Below, in pieces: positions 8,282 through 17,774 of a DNA stretch of 64,000 bases. Positions within the stretch are counted from its first letter, which is position 1; every line of letters starts with the position of its first letter. The stretch is taken from the NCBI GenBank assembly GCA_965204095.1, contig OZ241991.1, positions 2,576,290 to 2,640,289 on the forward strand. The letters are read 5' to 3'. Origin of the DNA: Bryobacterales bacterium (GTDB lineage: Bacteria > Acidobacteriota > Terriglobia > Bryobacterales > UBA6623). The notes below the pieces were generated by a model. The model had not been told where the DNA came from, made no database searches, and saw nothing but the letters and a program-made list of their open reading frames with translations. The position numbers were made by a program, and so were the translations under genes.

Positions 8282-11200
8282 CTAGCTGTCCGCGTCGGGA
8301 GGGGGACTCGCATTCCTCAACTTTCGTGTTTCGTGATTGGTTTGCGGCAACACGGAGGAAAGTCTCAGCTTGACGCGCATGGTGGTTCCTTTACCGATGC
8401 CGTCGCTGAAGGGCTGAATCTGCCCTCCGGATCCAATCACGAAGTTTGCCGTCGAGTGAAGCCCCAGCCCGCTGCCGGTTTTCTTGGTCGTATAACCGGC
8501 GGAAAAGATGATCTTCGAGATGTTCCCTTCCATACCGATGCCGTTGTCCATCACTTCGAGGACAAGGAATTCCCCCTGGACGTAGGATCGGATCTTGATG
8601 CAGGACCGCCCCTTGCGTCCGTTCGATGCCGCAAGATCATCAATGGCTTCCACGGAGTTCTTGATGAGATTGACGAGCATCTGATGGAACTTGCTCTCCT
8701 GAATCCGAATCTCTTTCGGGGCATGTTTCACGTCGATTTCGATTTGGATATCTCTTTTGGCGAGCGAATCCTGCAGCAGCTTGACGGCATCGGTGACCGC
8801 CTTGTGAAGGTTGATGTCCTTGCGCGACATGGCTGCGCTTTCGAACGACTTCTGTGTTCGGACGATGTCGACGATGTGAGCCACCCTGTTTTCCACGCGA
8901 TCGAGGGTCTTTTTCATGCGCGCTTTCTCCTCGGTGAAATCTTTGGCGAGGGCAAGAATGAACGGCAGCACCTGGCGGCCCTGGGGGTCGCTTTGCAGGT
9001 ACGGGATCCAATCGTCGCGATGCGCTTCCACGGCCTTGGCCAGGGCCTCGAAGCGGCGCGCCAACTCGTTCTGCGACATCTGCTCGCGAAGGGTTCCCAC
9101 GCCGATGGTGACGCTGTTGATCGCATTGCCGATGTTGTGAAGGATCGTATCGACGACCTCCAACCTGCCGTGCGCGAATGCCTGCGTCAATGCCTCTTCC
9201 GCGAGCATGCGCGCGGTGACGTCGCGGAAAACGATCACGCCGCCTTTCGCCTGGCCGGAATCATCCCGCAGCGGCCTGCCGCTGACGCTGATGTACACTC
9301 CGTCCGGGACTCTCGGGTTGCGGATGAACATCTCCATTTCGTCCGACGGCCGTCCGTTGAGGGCGAGCACAAGCGGAAGCTCTTCGGTCGGAACGGGCGT
9401 GACACGATCGGGGTAGAAGATGCCGTAAAGATCCGACCATTCATCGGGGCTTGTTTCCGTGTTGCCGAAACCGACAATGCGTTCGGCGCTGGGATTGAAG
9501 ATGGTGAAGTTGCCGTTTTCATCGGCGGCGACCACGCCGTCGCTGATGCTGTTGAAAATGGTCTCCATGGCATGTGTCTGTGTCTGCAACCGTTTGGCCG
9601 TGAGTTGCAGCCGGCTTTCCGCCTCCTTGATCGCGGTCACGTCGCGAAAGGTGATCACGCCGCCTTTCGTCGCGCCGGAATCATCCCGCAACGGCCTGCC
9701 GCTGACACTGACATAGACACCCTCCGGCTTCTCCTGATTGCAGATGAACATGTCGATGCCGTCCGTCGACTCGCCCCGAATGGCGTTCCTGAGCGGAAGC
9801 TTGTCCACCGGAAAGGGCGTTTTCCGGTCGGGGAGGAAGAGACCGTATTTTTCAGGCAGTTGCGAAAGCTTGGTCTCCGGGGAGATGCCGGTAATGCGTT
9901 TCACGCTGGAATTGAAAACCAGGTACTCCCCGTTTTCATCGGCGGCCATGACGCCGTCGCTGATGCTGTTGAAAACGATTTCCATGAGTTGGCTCTGCTC
10001 TCGCAAGCTGGCGACCGTTTGTTTCAACTCGGTTTCCGTCTCCTTCAGCTTGGTGATGTCGCGCAGCACGATCATGCCGCCTTGCAACGCGCCCGCATCG
10101 TCCCGCAACGGTCTCGCGTTGACGCTGATATAGACCCCCTCCGGCCTCTCCTGATTGCGGATGAGTAACTCGACATCATTCACGGACTCGCCGCGCATGG
10201 CGTGTGCGAGCGGAAGTTCATCGGAGGGAAAGAGGCTCTTTCCATCCGGGTAAAAAGTACCGTAGGTTTCGGACCATTGATTGGCGGGGCCCTCCGTCGC
10301 GCCCATGCCGACAATGTGCTCCGCGATGGGATTGACGAACAGGAAGCCCCCCTGCGTATCGGTCACCACCACGCCGTCACTGACACTGTTGAACATGGCT
10401 TCCATCAGTTGGCTCTGGTCCCGCATCTCGTTGATGGTTTTCTCCAAGCGGGCCTCTGTCTCTTTCTGCCGGGTGATGTCGCGAAAAACGACCACCCCCG
10501 CCTCGACCTCATCGGTTTCCCGGTTCCGTATGGGTCGTCCGGTTCCACTGACATGCACGCCGTCCGGCCTCTTCGCATTGCGCACGAACGCCTCGAAGCC
10601 GTCGGTCGCCTCGCCGCGCAAGGAGCGTGCGAGCGGGAGTTCATCGAATGGAACGGTGCTCTCGCCGTCAGGATAGAAAATGCCGTAGGTCTCGGCCCAT
10701 CGATCGGTGGGAGTATCCATTGCCCCCATGCCCATGATCCGCTCCGCGCTGGGGTTGAAGAACAGCAGGTGGCCGGTTGGATCGCCGACGACGACTCCCT
10801 CGCTCATGCTGTCGAAAACGGTCTCCATGAGTTGGGTTCGATCGCGCAGTTCGGTGATGGTTTGTTCCAACCGCTCCTCTGTTTGTTTGTGCCTGGTGAT
10901 GTCCCGAAAAATGAGCACGGCGGCTTCGACCTCGCCGTTTTCATCACTCCGGAGGGGTCGTGCGTCGCCGCTGACATGACCACCCTCCGGTCTCTTCTCG
11001 TTACGGACGAATGCTTCAAAGCCGTCTACCGACTCGCCCCGCATGGCGCGCACGAGGGGATTCTGATCCACTGGAACGAGGGTTTCCTGATCGGGATAAT
11101 AAAGACCGTATATTTCGGCCCATTGACTGGCTTGTGACGTTGTCATCCCCTTGCCGCTGATCCGTTTCGCACTGGGGTTGTAGAGCAACTGGCGGCCCGT

Positions 11201-11896
11201 TACATCGACGACAACAATGCCCTCGTCCATGTTGTCGAAAACGGTTTCCATGAGCCGGGTCTTCTCTCGCAGTTTGACGTTGATTTGTTCCAACCGGCTC
11301 TCCGTCGTTCTGACCCGGTCCAAGGCGTCCTTCAGTTGTTTCTGTTCGTCCTGGAGTTGTTCGTTCTTGGTCATCAGGATCGAACTGAATCGTTCATGCG
11401 ACGTTGCCTGATTCCACCCGAAGAACATGACAAAGAGAAAGCAGCAGAGAAGCCTCACAGCTTGTTCTGTCGGATAGGCCTGGCTGCCGAGGAACTCCGA
11501 CGCGAACAGCAGCGCGGTCACGCCGAAGAGGAAGCACGTAGACCAGATCATGCCTTCGCGGGGACCGAGAAAAAAGAACATCACCAGCGGCAGCACGAGC
11601 AGGAAGTAGGAAGCACGAGGGCCAAGCAACACGAGACTGTACAAGCCGACACCGGTTCCGACACAGATGATGCGATAGACCCCTACGCCCTTGATATTGA
11701 ACCGAAGCGTCAGGATGGCCACGGCGACAAGCAGCAAGAAGGCGACATTGATCCACATCTCCGTCATCCTGCCCGAGGTGTAGTTGAAGATCGAGAAACC
11801 GGCCAAGATGAACAAGCCCATGATGCCGATGGTCAGGAAGGACCGCTTCAGAAACTGCGCTCGCAAGTCCGTTGATTGCTTCGACTGTCGATTCAT
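8282..11896 (-). CDS. Membrane-bound multi-PAS sensor histidine kinase (paralog 1, five tandem PAS modules)
   Basis: There are ~6 N-terminal hydrophobic helices and five modules starting LME(T/A/I)(V/M)F(D/N)S(M/V/I)S(E/D)G. The DHp region has LHNIGNAINSV (a second His lies in VAHIVDIV). HATPase_c boxes are LVNLIKNSVEA, DNGIGM and GSGLGL. I prefer the start at MNRQ (11896) by alignment with the paralog and the ATGA overlap; the track start is 11911. Confidence 0.9.
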   Translation of the reverse strand: MNRQSKQSTDLRAQFLKRSFLTIGIMGLFILAGFSIFNYTSGRMTEMWINVAFLLLVAVAILTLRFNIKGVGVYRIICVGTGVGLYSLVLLGPRASYFLLVLPLVMFFFLGPREGMIWSTCFLFGVTALLFASEFLGSQAYPTEQAVRLLCCFLFVMFFGWNQATSHERFSSILMTKNEQLQDEQKQLKDALDRVRTTESRLEQINVKLREKTRLMETVFDNMDEGIVVVDVTGRQLLYNPSAKRISGKGMTTSQASQWAEIYGLYYPDQETLVPVDQNPLVRAMRGESVDGFEAFVRNEKRPEGGHVSGDARPLRSDENGEVEAAVLIFRDITRHKQTEERLEQTITELRDRTQLMETVFDSMSEGVVVGDPTGHLLFFNPSAERIMGMGAMDTPTDRWAETYGIFYPDGESTVPFDELPLARSLRGEATDGFEAFVRNAKRPDGVHVSGTGRPIRNRETDEVEAGVVVFRDITRQKETEARLEKTINEMRDQSQLMEAMFNSVSDGVVVTDTQGGFLFVNPIAEHIVGMGATEGPANQWSETYGTFYPDGKSLFPSDELPLAHAMRGESVNDVELLIRNQERPEGVYISVNARPLRDDAGALQGGMIVLRDITKLKETETELKQTVASLREQSQLMEIVFNSISDGVMAADENGEYLVFNSSVKRITGISPETKLSQLPEKYGLFLPDRKTPFPVDKLPLRNAIRGESTDGIDMFICNQEKPEGVYVSVSGRPLRDDSGATKGGVITFRDVTAIKEAESRLQLTAKRLQTQTHAMETIFNSISDGVVAADENGNFTIFNPSAERIVGFGNTETSPDEWSDLYGIFYPDRVTPVPTEELPLVLALNGRPSDEMEMFIRNPRVPDGVYISVSGRPLRDDSGQAKGGVIVFRDVTARMLAEEALTQAFAHGRLEVVDTILHNIGNAINSVTIGVGTLREQMSQNELARRFEALAKAVEAHRDDWIPYLQSDPQGRQVLPFILALAKDFTEEKARMKKTLDRVENRVAHIVDIVRTQKSFESAAMSRKDINLHKAVTDAVKLLQDSLAKRDIQIEIDVKHAPKEIRIQESKFHQMLVNLIKNSVEAIDDLAASNGRKGRSCIKIRSYVQGEFLVLEVMDNGIGMEGNISKIIFSAGYTTKKTGSGLGLHSTANFVIGSGGQIQPFSDGIGKGTTMRVKLRLSSVLPQTNHETRKLRNASPPPDADS

Positions 11897-12282
11897 TGAT
11901 CCGATCCGCACCGAGCCGCATGGGACTGGCCGCAGTCCACGCCGAACCGGTGCTCTCCTGTTCGCGAGATGATGGTGATGACCCTGGAGGAGCCCGCCCT
12001 ACGGATGCGGCGGCTGTCTCGACCGAAGATGTGGAGGTAGCCGGCAGCGTCCGGCGCCGGGCCATGGGGCCTGAAAAAATGCGCCGCGGCGGCCGGCCCG
12101 TTTCCCACTTCAGCGGAGCCGTCGAAGGATTCGATTCTCCGGCCGGCGGAAGGTTGCGCCGCGGCGGCCGCGGCAAGAAGCCCGGCGCAGGAGGCAAGCC
12201 TGACGGCGCGAACTCCCCCGCCGCTCCGCGACAACCCGGCGGCCCGGCTCGATCTCCCTCTGCCTGTCGAGCAGCGCTTCAT
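11893..12282 (-). CDS. Small exported protein (129 aa), translationally coupled to histidine kinase 1
   Basis: A GGAG lies 4-5 nt before the ATG. The N-terminus is basic then hydrophobic (MKRCSTGRGRSSRAAGLSRSGGGVRAVRLASCAGLLAAAAAAQPSA). The stop overlaps the HK start as ATGA. The C-terminal 24 aa are conserved with 16365..16601, with more synonymous than non-synonymous differences. Confidence 0.5.
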   Translation of the reverse strand: MKRCSTGRGRSSRAAGLSRSGGGVRAVRLASCAGLLAAAAAAQPSAGRRIESFDGSAEVGNGPAAAAHFFRPHGPAPDAAGYLHIFGRDSRRIRRAGSSRVITIISRTGEHRFGVDCGQSHAARCGSDQ

Positions 12283-12773
12283 ATCTCCCCTCTTCCAGTC
12301 GAAACCAACAGAAAGCCCTCGCTCGACCTGCGCCTTTCTCCTGCCAGTCTTGTCGAGCATGCCGATGAGAGTTCCTCAGGCAGGACATCCCGGCGCCGTT
12401 CGCAAATGCAGCATTCCATCGAGTTGAACAGGGAGAACCCCACCGGCGTGCCAGGCAGTTGAAAACAAGCGCGCTTCTACAGCCGATCCCGGAGCTTCTC
12501 GAGTCGGCGCGGGCCGCAGTTGTCGATGACGAGGCGCGGATACGCTTCCTTGGGAGTTTCTCCGGTCAATCGGATGGAGGAAAAGCAACCTCTCCGTACG
12601 AGTGTGGCGGGATTCGGCAAATCGAACAATAATCCTTACGAGCGATAGATTACATGATCATCGTGACATCAGTATGAATAATACGATTACTGTTGTGATC
12701 TTTATGTGAATTGTGTTGTGAAGTCCCGTTTTTTTGCCGGGACGCGCGCTCCGGTCCGCTCGCAGGACCGGCA

Positions 12774-13058
12774 GGGCGCGCGGTTCGTCACAGCGTGCAG
12801 CCGCCGGGAGCCCGGACCAGCGGGCCGGGCGGCATCGACGGCATGAGGGTCGACGAGTCGGGCGATCACCTGAAGGACCGCTGGCTCGAGATCAGGATCC
12901 GGCTTCTCGACGGCGCCTACACCCCGCAGCCGGTACGGCGGGTGGAGATACCGAGGGCATCGGGCGGCGTTCGTCCGCTCGGGGAGCCAACGGTACTCGA
13001 CCGCTTCATCCAGCAAGCGGTGATGCAGATGTTGCAGAGGGAGTGGGACGCCAGCTTC
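12774..13058 (+). pseudogene. N-terminal fragment of a group II intron reverse transcriptase/maturase
   Basis: The translation GPGGIDGMRVDE..HLKDRWLEIRIRLLDGAYTPQPVRRVEIPRASGGVRPLGEPTVLDRFIQQAVMQMLQREWDASF matches the RT0-RT2 region typical of bacterial intron-encoded proteins. It stops before RT3 and no catalytic YADD is present. Confidence 0.7.
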
Positions 13059-13185
13059 GTTGTAACGTTCCCGTAGAAATGCAGCGGTCCGCGCCGGGTT
13101 CGGATCCGGCTTCCCTCCGTATCGGCTGCGGCGATCGCACGCCGCCTTGTTCACGAATCGCCGCTCCCATGATGAGCCGCACGGC

Positions 13186-16100
13186 CTATGAGGCCAATTT
13201 CCCGCTCCCCCCGCGCAGAACTTCGGAGTCCGGCAACACGGAGGAAAGTCTCAGCTTGACGCGCATGGTGGTTCCTTTACCGATGCCGTCGCTGAAGGGC
13301 TGAATCTGCCCTCCGGATCCAATCACGAAGTTTGCCGTCGAGTGAAGCCCCAGCCCGCTGCCGGTTTTCTTGGTCGTATAACCGGCGGAAAAGATGATCT
13401 TCGAGATGTTCCCTTCCATACCGATGCCGTTGTCCGTCACTTCGAGGACAAGGAATTCCCCCTGGACGTAGGATCGGATCTTGATGCAGGACCGCCCCTT
13501 GCGTCCGTTCGATGCCGCAAGATCATCAATGGCTTCCACGGAGTTCTTGATGAGATTGACGAGCATCTGATGGAACTTGCTCTCCTGAATCCGAATCTCT
13601 TTCGGGGCATGTTTCACGTCGATTTCGATTTGGATATCTCTTTTGGCGAGCGAATCCTGCAGCAGCTTGACGGCATCGGTGACCGCCTTGTGAAGGTTGA
13701 TGTCCTTGCGCGACATGGCTGCGCTTTCGAACGACTTCTGTGTTCGGACGATGTCGACGATGTGAGCCACCCTGTTTTCCACGCGATCGAGGGTCTTTTT
13801 CATGCGCGCTTTCTCCTCGGTGAAATCTTTGGCGAGAGCAAGAATGAACGGCAGCACCTGGCGGCCCTGGGGGTCGCTTTGCAGGTACGGGATCCAATCG
13901 TCGCGATGCGCTTCTATGGCCTTCGCCAGGGCGGACAAGCGGCGCACCAACTCATTCTTCGTCAACTGCTCGCGAAGGGTTCCCACTCCGACGGTGACGC
14001 TGTTGATCGCATTGCCGATGTTGTGAAGGATCGTATCGACGACCTCCAACCTGCCGTGCGCGAATGCCTGCGTCAAAGCTTCCTCCGCGAGGATGCGCGC
14101 CGTCACGTCGCGGAAAACGATCACACCGCCTTTCGCCTGGCCGGAATCATCCTGCAGCGGCCTCCCGCTAACGCTGATGTAAACCCCCTTCGGAACTTTC
14201 GGATTGCGGATGAACATCTCCATCTCGTCCGACGGGTGGCCTTGGATGGCGCGAACCAGCGGAAGCTCTTCGGTCGGCATGGGTGTTACTCGATCGGGAA
14301 AGAAAAAGCCGTATTGATCCGACCATTGATCGGGGCTTGTTTCCGTGTTGCCGAAACCGACAATGCGTTCCGCGCTGGGATTGAAAATGGTGAAATCGCC
14401 GTTCTCATCGGCGACGACGACTCCGTCGCTGATACTGTTGAAAATAGTCTCCATGGCATGTGTCTGACTGCGCAGTTCGGAGATGGTCTGTTCCAACTGA
14501 GCCTCAGTCTCTTTCGCCTTGGTGATGTCGCGAAATACGATCACGCCAGCAGTGACTTTATTGGTTTCCCTGTTTTGCAGAGGGCGCCCGGTGACGGTGA
14601 CATAAATACCGTTCGGCTTGTTCTTGTTGCGCACAAATGCTTCAAAGTTGTCTGTCGACTTCCCCCGCATGGCGCGCACGAGGGGATTCTCATCCACGGA
14701 AAGATAGGTTTTCTCATCGGGGTAAAAAATGCCGTATACCTTGGCCCATTCATCGGGCCCCGCCCTCTCCGTCGTCGTTCCGCTGATACGATCCGCACTG
14801 GGGTTGCGGAATAGCTGCCGTCCTTTCAGGTCACCGACGATGATGCCCTCATCCATGGTGTTGAAAACGGTTTCCATGAGTTGGGTTTGCTCCTGCAAAC
14901 GGTGGACCGTTTCCCTCAGCTCGGACTCCGCCGCCTTCAGCCTGGTGACGTCACGGAGCACGATGACGCCGCCTTCGATGGTGCCGGTATCATCCTGCAG
15001 CGGCCTGCCGCTGACGCTGATGAAAACTCCCTCCGGCCTTTCCTGATTGCGTATGAACAACTCGACATCGTCCGACACCTCTCCGCGCATGGCGCGCATG
15101 AGGGGAAGCTCGTCGGATGGAACGGGTGTCTTCTGGTCCGGATAAAAAGTCCCGTAGGTCTCGGACCATTGATCGGACGGGCCATCCGTTGGTCCCATAC
15201 CGACTATTTTTTCCGCAGAGGGATTGACGAACAGGAATTTCCCGTCCTTGCCGGTCACCACCACGCCGTCGCTGACGCTCTTGAAAACCGTGTTCATGAG
15301 TTGGGCCTGACTTCTCAGTTGAGCGATGGAATCTTGCAACTGGGCCTCTGTCTCTTGCTGCCGGGTGATGTCTCGAAAAACAACCACGCCGGCATCGACC
15401 TCATCGGTTTCCCGGTTCCGCATGGGCCGCGCGCTTGCACTGACATGCACGCCGTCCGGCCGCTTCTCATTGCGTACAAGCGCCGCGAAGTCGTCGGTCG
15501 ACTCGCCTCGCAAGGCACGTGAGAGCGGAAGTTCATCCGAGGAAACGAGTTTCTCGCCGTCCGGGTAATAAATGCCGTAGGTCTCGGACCATTGATCGGA
15601 GGAGGCTTCCGTATCCAATCCCTTGCCCATAATCCGCTCCGCACTGGCGTTGAAGAACAACAGCCGTCCGGTCGTATCTCCGACGACGATGCCCTCGCTC
15701 ATGTTGTTGAGAATGGTCTCCGTGAGCAGATTCTGGCTTTGAAGTTGGGCGGCCGTCTGCTCCAACTGTTTCTCTGTCCGTCTGACTCGGCTCAAGGCCT
15801 CCTTCAGTTGTTTCTGATCGTGCTGGAGTTGTTCGTTCTTGGTCATCAAGATCGAACTGAATCGTTCCTGCGACGTTGCCTGATTCCACCCGAAGAACAT
15901 GACAAAGAGAAAGCAGGTGAGAAACCTCGCGGCTTGTTCTGTCGGATAGACGTGGCTGCCGATGAGCTCCGGCGCAAACAGCAGCGTTGTCACGCCCAAG
16001 AGGAAGCCCATAGCCCAGATCATGCCTTCGCGGGACCCGAGAAAAAAAAACATCACCAGCGGCATGACGAGCTGGAAGAAAGGAGCGTTAGGGCCAAGAA

Positions 16101-16368
16101 ACATGAGACCGTACAAGCCGACGCTGGTTCCGACACAGATCAAGCGATAGGCCCCTACGGCCTGGATATTGAACTGAACCGCGAGCATGGCCCAGACGGC
16201 AAGCAGAAAGATGGCGATATTGATCCACATCGCTGCCATCCTGCCCATGGTGTAGTGGAAGATCGAGAAACCGCCCAGGATGAACAGCCCCATGAGGCAG
16301 ATGGCCATGAAGGCCCGCTTCAGATACTGCGCTCGCAAGTCCGTTGATGACGCCGACGGTCGATTCAT
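13186..16368 (-). CDS. Membrane-bound multi-PAS sensor histidine kinase (paralog 2, four tandem PAS modules)
   Basis: The product is 1060 aa with the same architecture as 8282..11896 minus one PAS module. The C-terminal ~215 aa differ from the paralog by a single residue before the tails diverge. Confidence 0.9.
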   Translation of the reverse strand: MNRPSASSTDLRAQYLKRAFMAICLMGLFILGGFSIFHYTMGRMAAMWINIAIFLLAVWAMLAVQFNIQAVGAYRLICVGTSVGLYGLMFLGPNAPFFQLVMPLVMFFFLGSREGMIWAMGFLLGVTTLLFAPELIGSHVYPTEQAARFLTCFLFVMFFGWNQATSQERFSSILMTKNEQLQHDQKQLKEALSRVRRTEKQLEQTAAQLQSQNLLTETILNNMSEGIVVGDTTGRLLFFNASAERIMGKGLDTEASSDQWSETYGIYYPDGEKLVSSDELPLSRALRGESTDDFAALVRNEKRPDGVHVSASARPMRNRETDEVDAGVVVFRDITRQQETEAQLQDSIAQLRSQAQLMNTVFKSVSDGVVVTGKDGKFLFVNPSAEKIVGMGPTDGPSDQWSETYGTFYPDQKTPVPSDELPLMRAMRGEVSDDVELFIRNQERPEGVFISVSGRPLQDDTGTIEGGVIVLRDVTRLKAAESELRETVHRLQEQTQLMETVFNTMDEGIIVGDLKGRQLFRNPSADRISGTTTERAGPDEWAKVYGIFYPDEKTYLSVDENPLVRAMRGKSTDNFEAFVRNKNKPNGIYVTVTGRPLQNRETNKVTAGVIVFRDITKAKETEAQLEQTISELRSQTHAMETIFNSISDGVVVADENGDFTIFNPSAERIVGFGNTETSPDQWSDQYGFFFPDRVTPMPTEELPLVRAIQGHPSDEMEMFIRNPKVPKGVYISVSGRPLQDDSGQAKGGVIVFRDVTARILAEEALTQAFAHGRLEVVDTILHNIGNAINSVTVGVGTLREQLTKNELVRRLSALAKAIEAHRDDWIPYLQSDPQGRQVLPFILALAKDFTEEKARMKKTLDRVENRVAHIVDIVRTQKSFESAAMSRKDINLHKAVTDAVKLLQDSLAKRDIQIEIDVKHAPKEIRIQESKFHQMLVNLIKNSVEAIDDLAASNGRKGRSCIKIRSYVQGEFLVLEVTDNGIGMEGNISKIIFSAGYTTKKTGSGLGLHSTANFVIGSGGQIQPFSDGIGKGTTMRVKLRLSSVLPDSEVLRGGSGKLAS

Positions 16369-16601
16369 TGATCAGACCCGCACCGAGCCGCATGGGACTG
16401 CCCGCAGCCCACGCCGAACCGGTGCTCTCCCGTGCCCGAGATGGAGGTGACGAGTTTGGAGGAGTCCGCCTTGCGGGTGGGGCGGCTGTCTCGATCGACG
16501 ATGTAGAGGCCGCCGCCGGCGTCCGCGGCGAGAAGCACGGCGCATGAGGCGAGCCTGGCGGCCCGGCTCGATCTCCCTCTGCTTGTCAAGTACCGCTTCA
16601 T
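16365..16601 (-). CDS. Small exported protein (78 aa), translationally coupled to histidine kinase 2
   Basis: GGGAGAG precedes the ATG. The N-terminus is MKRYLTSRGRSSRAARLASCAVLLAA. It has an ATGA overlap with the HK start. The C-terminus SGTGEHRFGVGCGQSHAARCGSDQ is conserved with the 11893..12282 product. Confidence 0.5.
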   Translation of the reverse strand: MKRYLTSRGRSSRAARLASCAVLLAADAGGGLYIVDRDSRPTRKADSSKLVTSISGTGEHRFGVGCGQSHAARCGSDQ

Positions 16602-16926
16602 CTCTCCCTTCTCCCCATCGAGACCGGCCGGAAGCACCCGTTCCTGCCGCGCCTTTCCGCCGCACGTCTTGCCGAGTAGACGGATGAGCATGTCCTGAGG
16701 GAGAACATCCCGGGGCCGTTCGCCAATGTGTTCGCAGGGTTCGCAAAGCGCGTGATGCGCCACGGCGTGTATACGCGTGCGGCCTGCAAGTCCGAACCGG
16801 CGGGTTCGCGCTTCCATCCGACGCGCCTGAGGAGTAAGAGGGGCTGCTGACCACCTCCATGAGCCGGACAGGGCCGGTCTTCGCTGGAGGGAAGCGCGGA
16901 CTCTTGGCAACTCGCCGGGCCAGTCC

Positions 16927-17412
16927 CTATTTTTTCCTGATCGAAACCTCCACAACCTCCCTTGTTTCCAAGTCGTGGATGCACTTGTATTTCTTCCGTT
17001 GCCATTTCCCTTTGGTGGTGAGGTCCTTCACCATGAGCGCGTCGCCTTTGTAGGTGATGCCCCGGTTGTTCCTGCTCGAAACGGAGAAGCGTCTTATCAC
17101 GGGCTTGCCTTCGTAAGGGAAAAGAATCCCGGCCTCGTCATCTTCCGCGTCCCTGCCTGCATCCACGAATTGCCGCCTGATGTCTTTTCTTACGTTCTCG
17201 GTGACCTGAAGCTCGCAAGAGTTCGCCGCAAGCGTACTGTGTGTCTGTCCAAGGCACATGAGATTCGTTCCACTCTGCTCTTCTGCAAGCTCGGGCGGGG
17301 CTTGTAGGCCGTCCGTCGGGTAGCGGCCGAAAGTCCCTCCGCCCCTCTGCAAGGCAAGCATGTTCGCAGCCCCGCCCCCCGAGAGGAGCAGCAGAGCGCA
17401 CAACGTCGGCAC
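16927..17412 (-). CDS. Hypothetical secreted protein
   Basis: The ORF is 161 aa with a GTG start and the hydrophobic N-terminus MPTLCALLLLSGGGAANMLA. I recognised no motif. GC is somewhat lower than in neighbouring genes. Confidence 0.45.
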   Translation of the reverse strand: MPTLCALLLLSGGGAANMLALQRGGGTFGRYPTDGLQAPPELAEEQSGTNLMCLGQTHSTLAANSCELQVTENVRKDIRRQFVDAGRDAEDDEAGILFPYEGKPVIRRFSVSSRNNRGITYKGDALMVKDLTTKGKWQRKKYKCIHDLETREVVEVSIRKK

Positions 17413-17774
17413 CGCCCCGTTAGCTCTTGGTTTCCAATCCGTGTCCCCCTTGGCTTGACAGTGACGACGATCGACTCCTGCCAGTAGATCCAGCGTTCGT
17501 TACATCGGCCAGAGATTCCTAAGATCGCTCAGCATACACGGTCAGCGTGAAATATCTGTGAATATTACGGATATTTACATGACATTTCTGTGGATTGTGC
17601 CGTAAAGCCTGCTTTTTATCGTTGGGGATGAGTGAGAATGGGCGATACTGATCCGTTCGCAGCGTCCGCAAGGCACGTGACCCGTCACAGCCGGAAGCGG
17701 AGCGCCTGAAGGAAAAGAGGAACCGCGGACCACCTCTGCGAGTCGGGTGGGGCCGACCTGGATGGAGCGTTCCG

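Noticed and set aside
8216-10168. Very long ORFs antisense to, or out of frame with, clear genes. Examples are 8216..10168, 13342..14814, 20001..21284, 21348..22580, 23226..24329, 37111..38163, 46219..47157, 53514..55043, 56454..57650 and 59354..61099.
   Set aside because: They are shadow ORFs typical of high-GC DNA. Their products are Arg/Gly/Ala/Pro-rich with no motifs, while the overlapping frame has unambiguous family signatures.
12180-12200. Lipoprotein lipobox (LASC) in both small ORFs upstream of the kinases.
   Set aside because: The residues preceding the Cys are Arg-rich rather than hydrophobic. The hydrophobic stretch follows the Cys, so a Sec-type signal or anchor is more plausible than a lipobox.
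12402-12418. Sigma-54-like motif TGGAATGCTGCATTTGC (minus strand) upstream of the small-ORF/HK1 unit.
   Set aside because: The GG-to-GC spacing is two bases too long, and the homologous position upstream of HK2 lacks the motif.
12300-13200. A complete group II intron.
   Set aside because: Only the N-terminal RT motifs are present. There is no YADD, maturase or En region, and I could not recognise domain V/VI-like RNA by eye.
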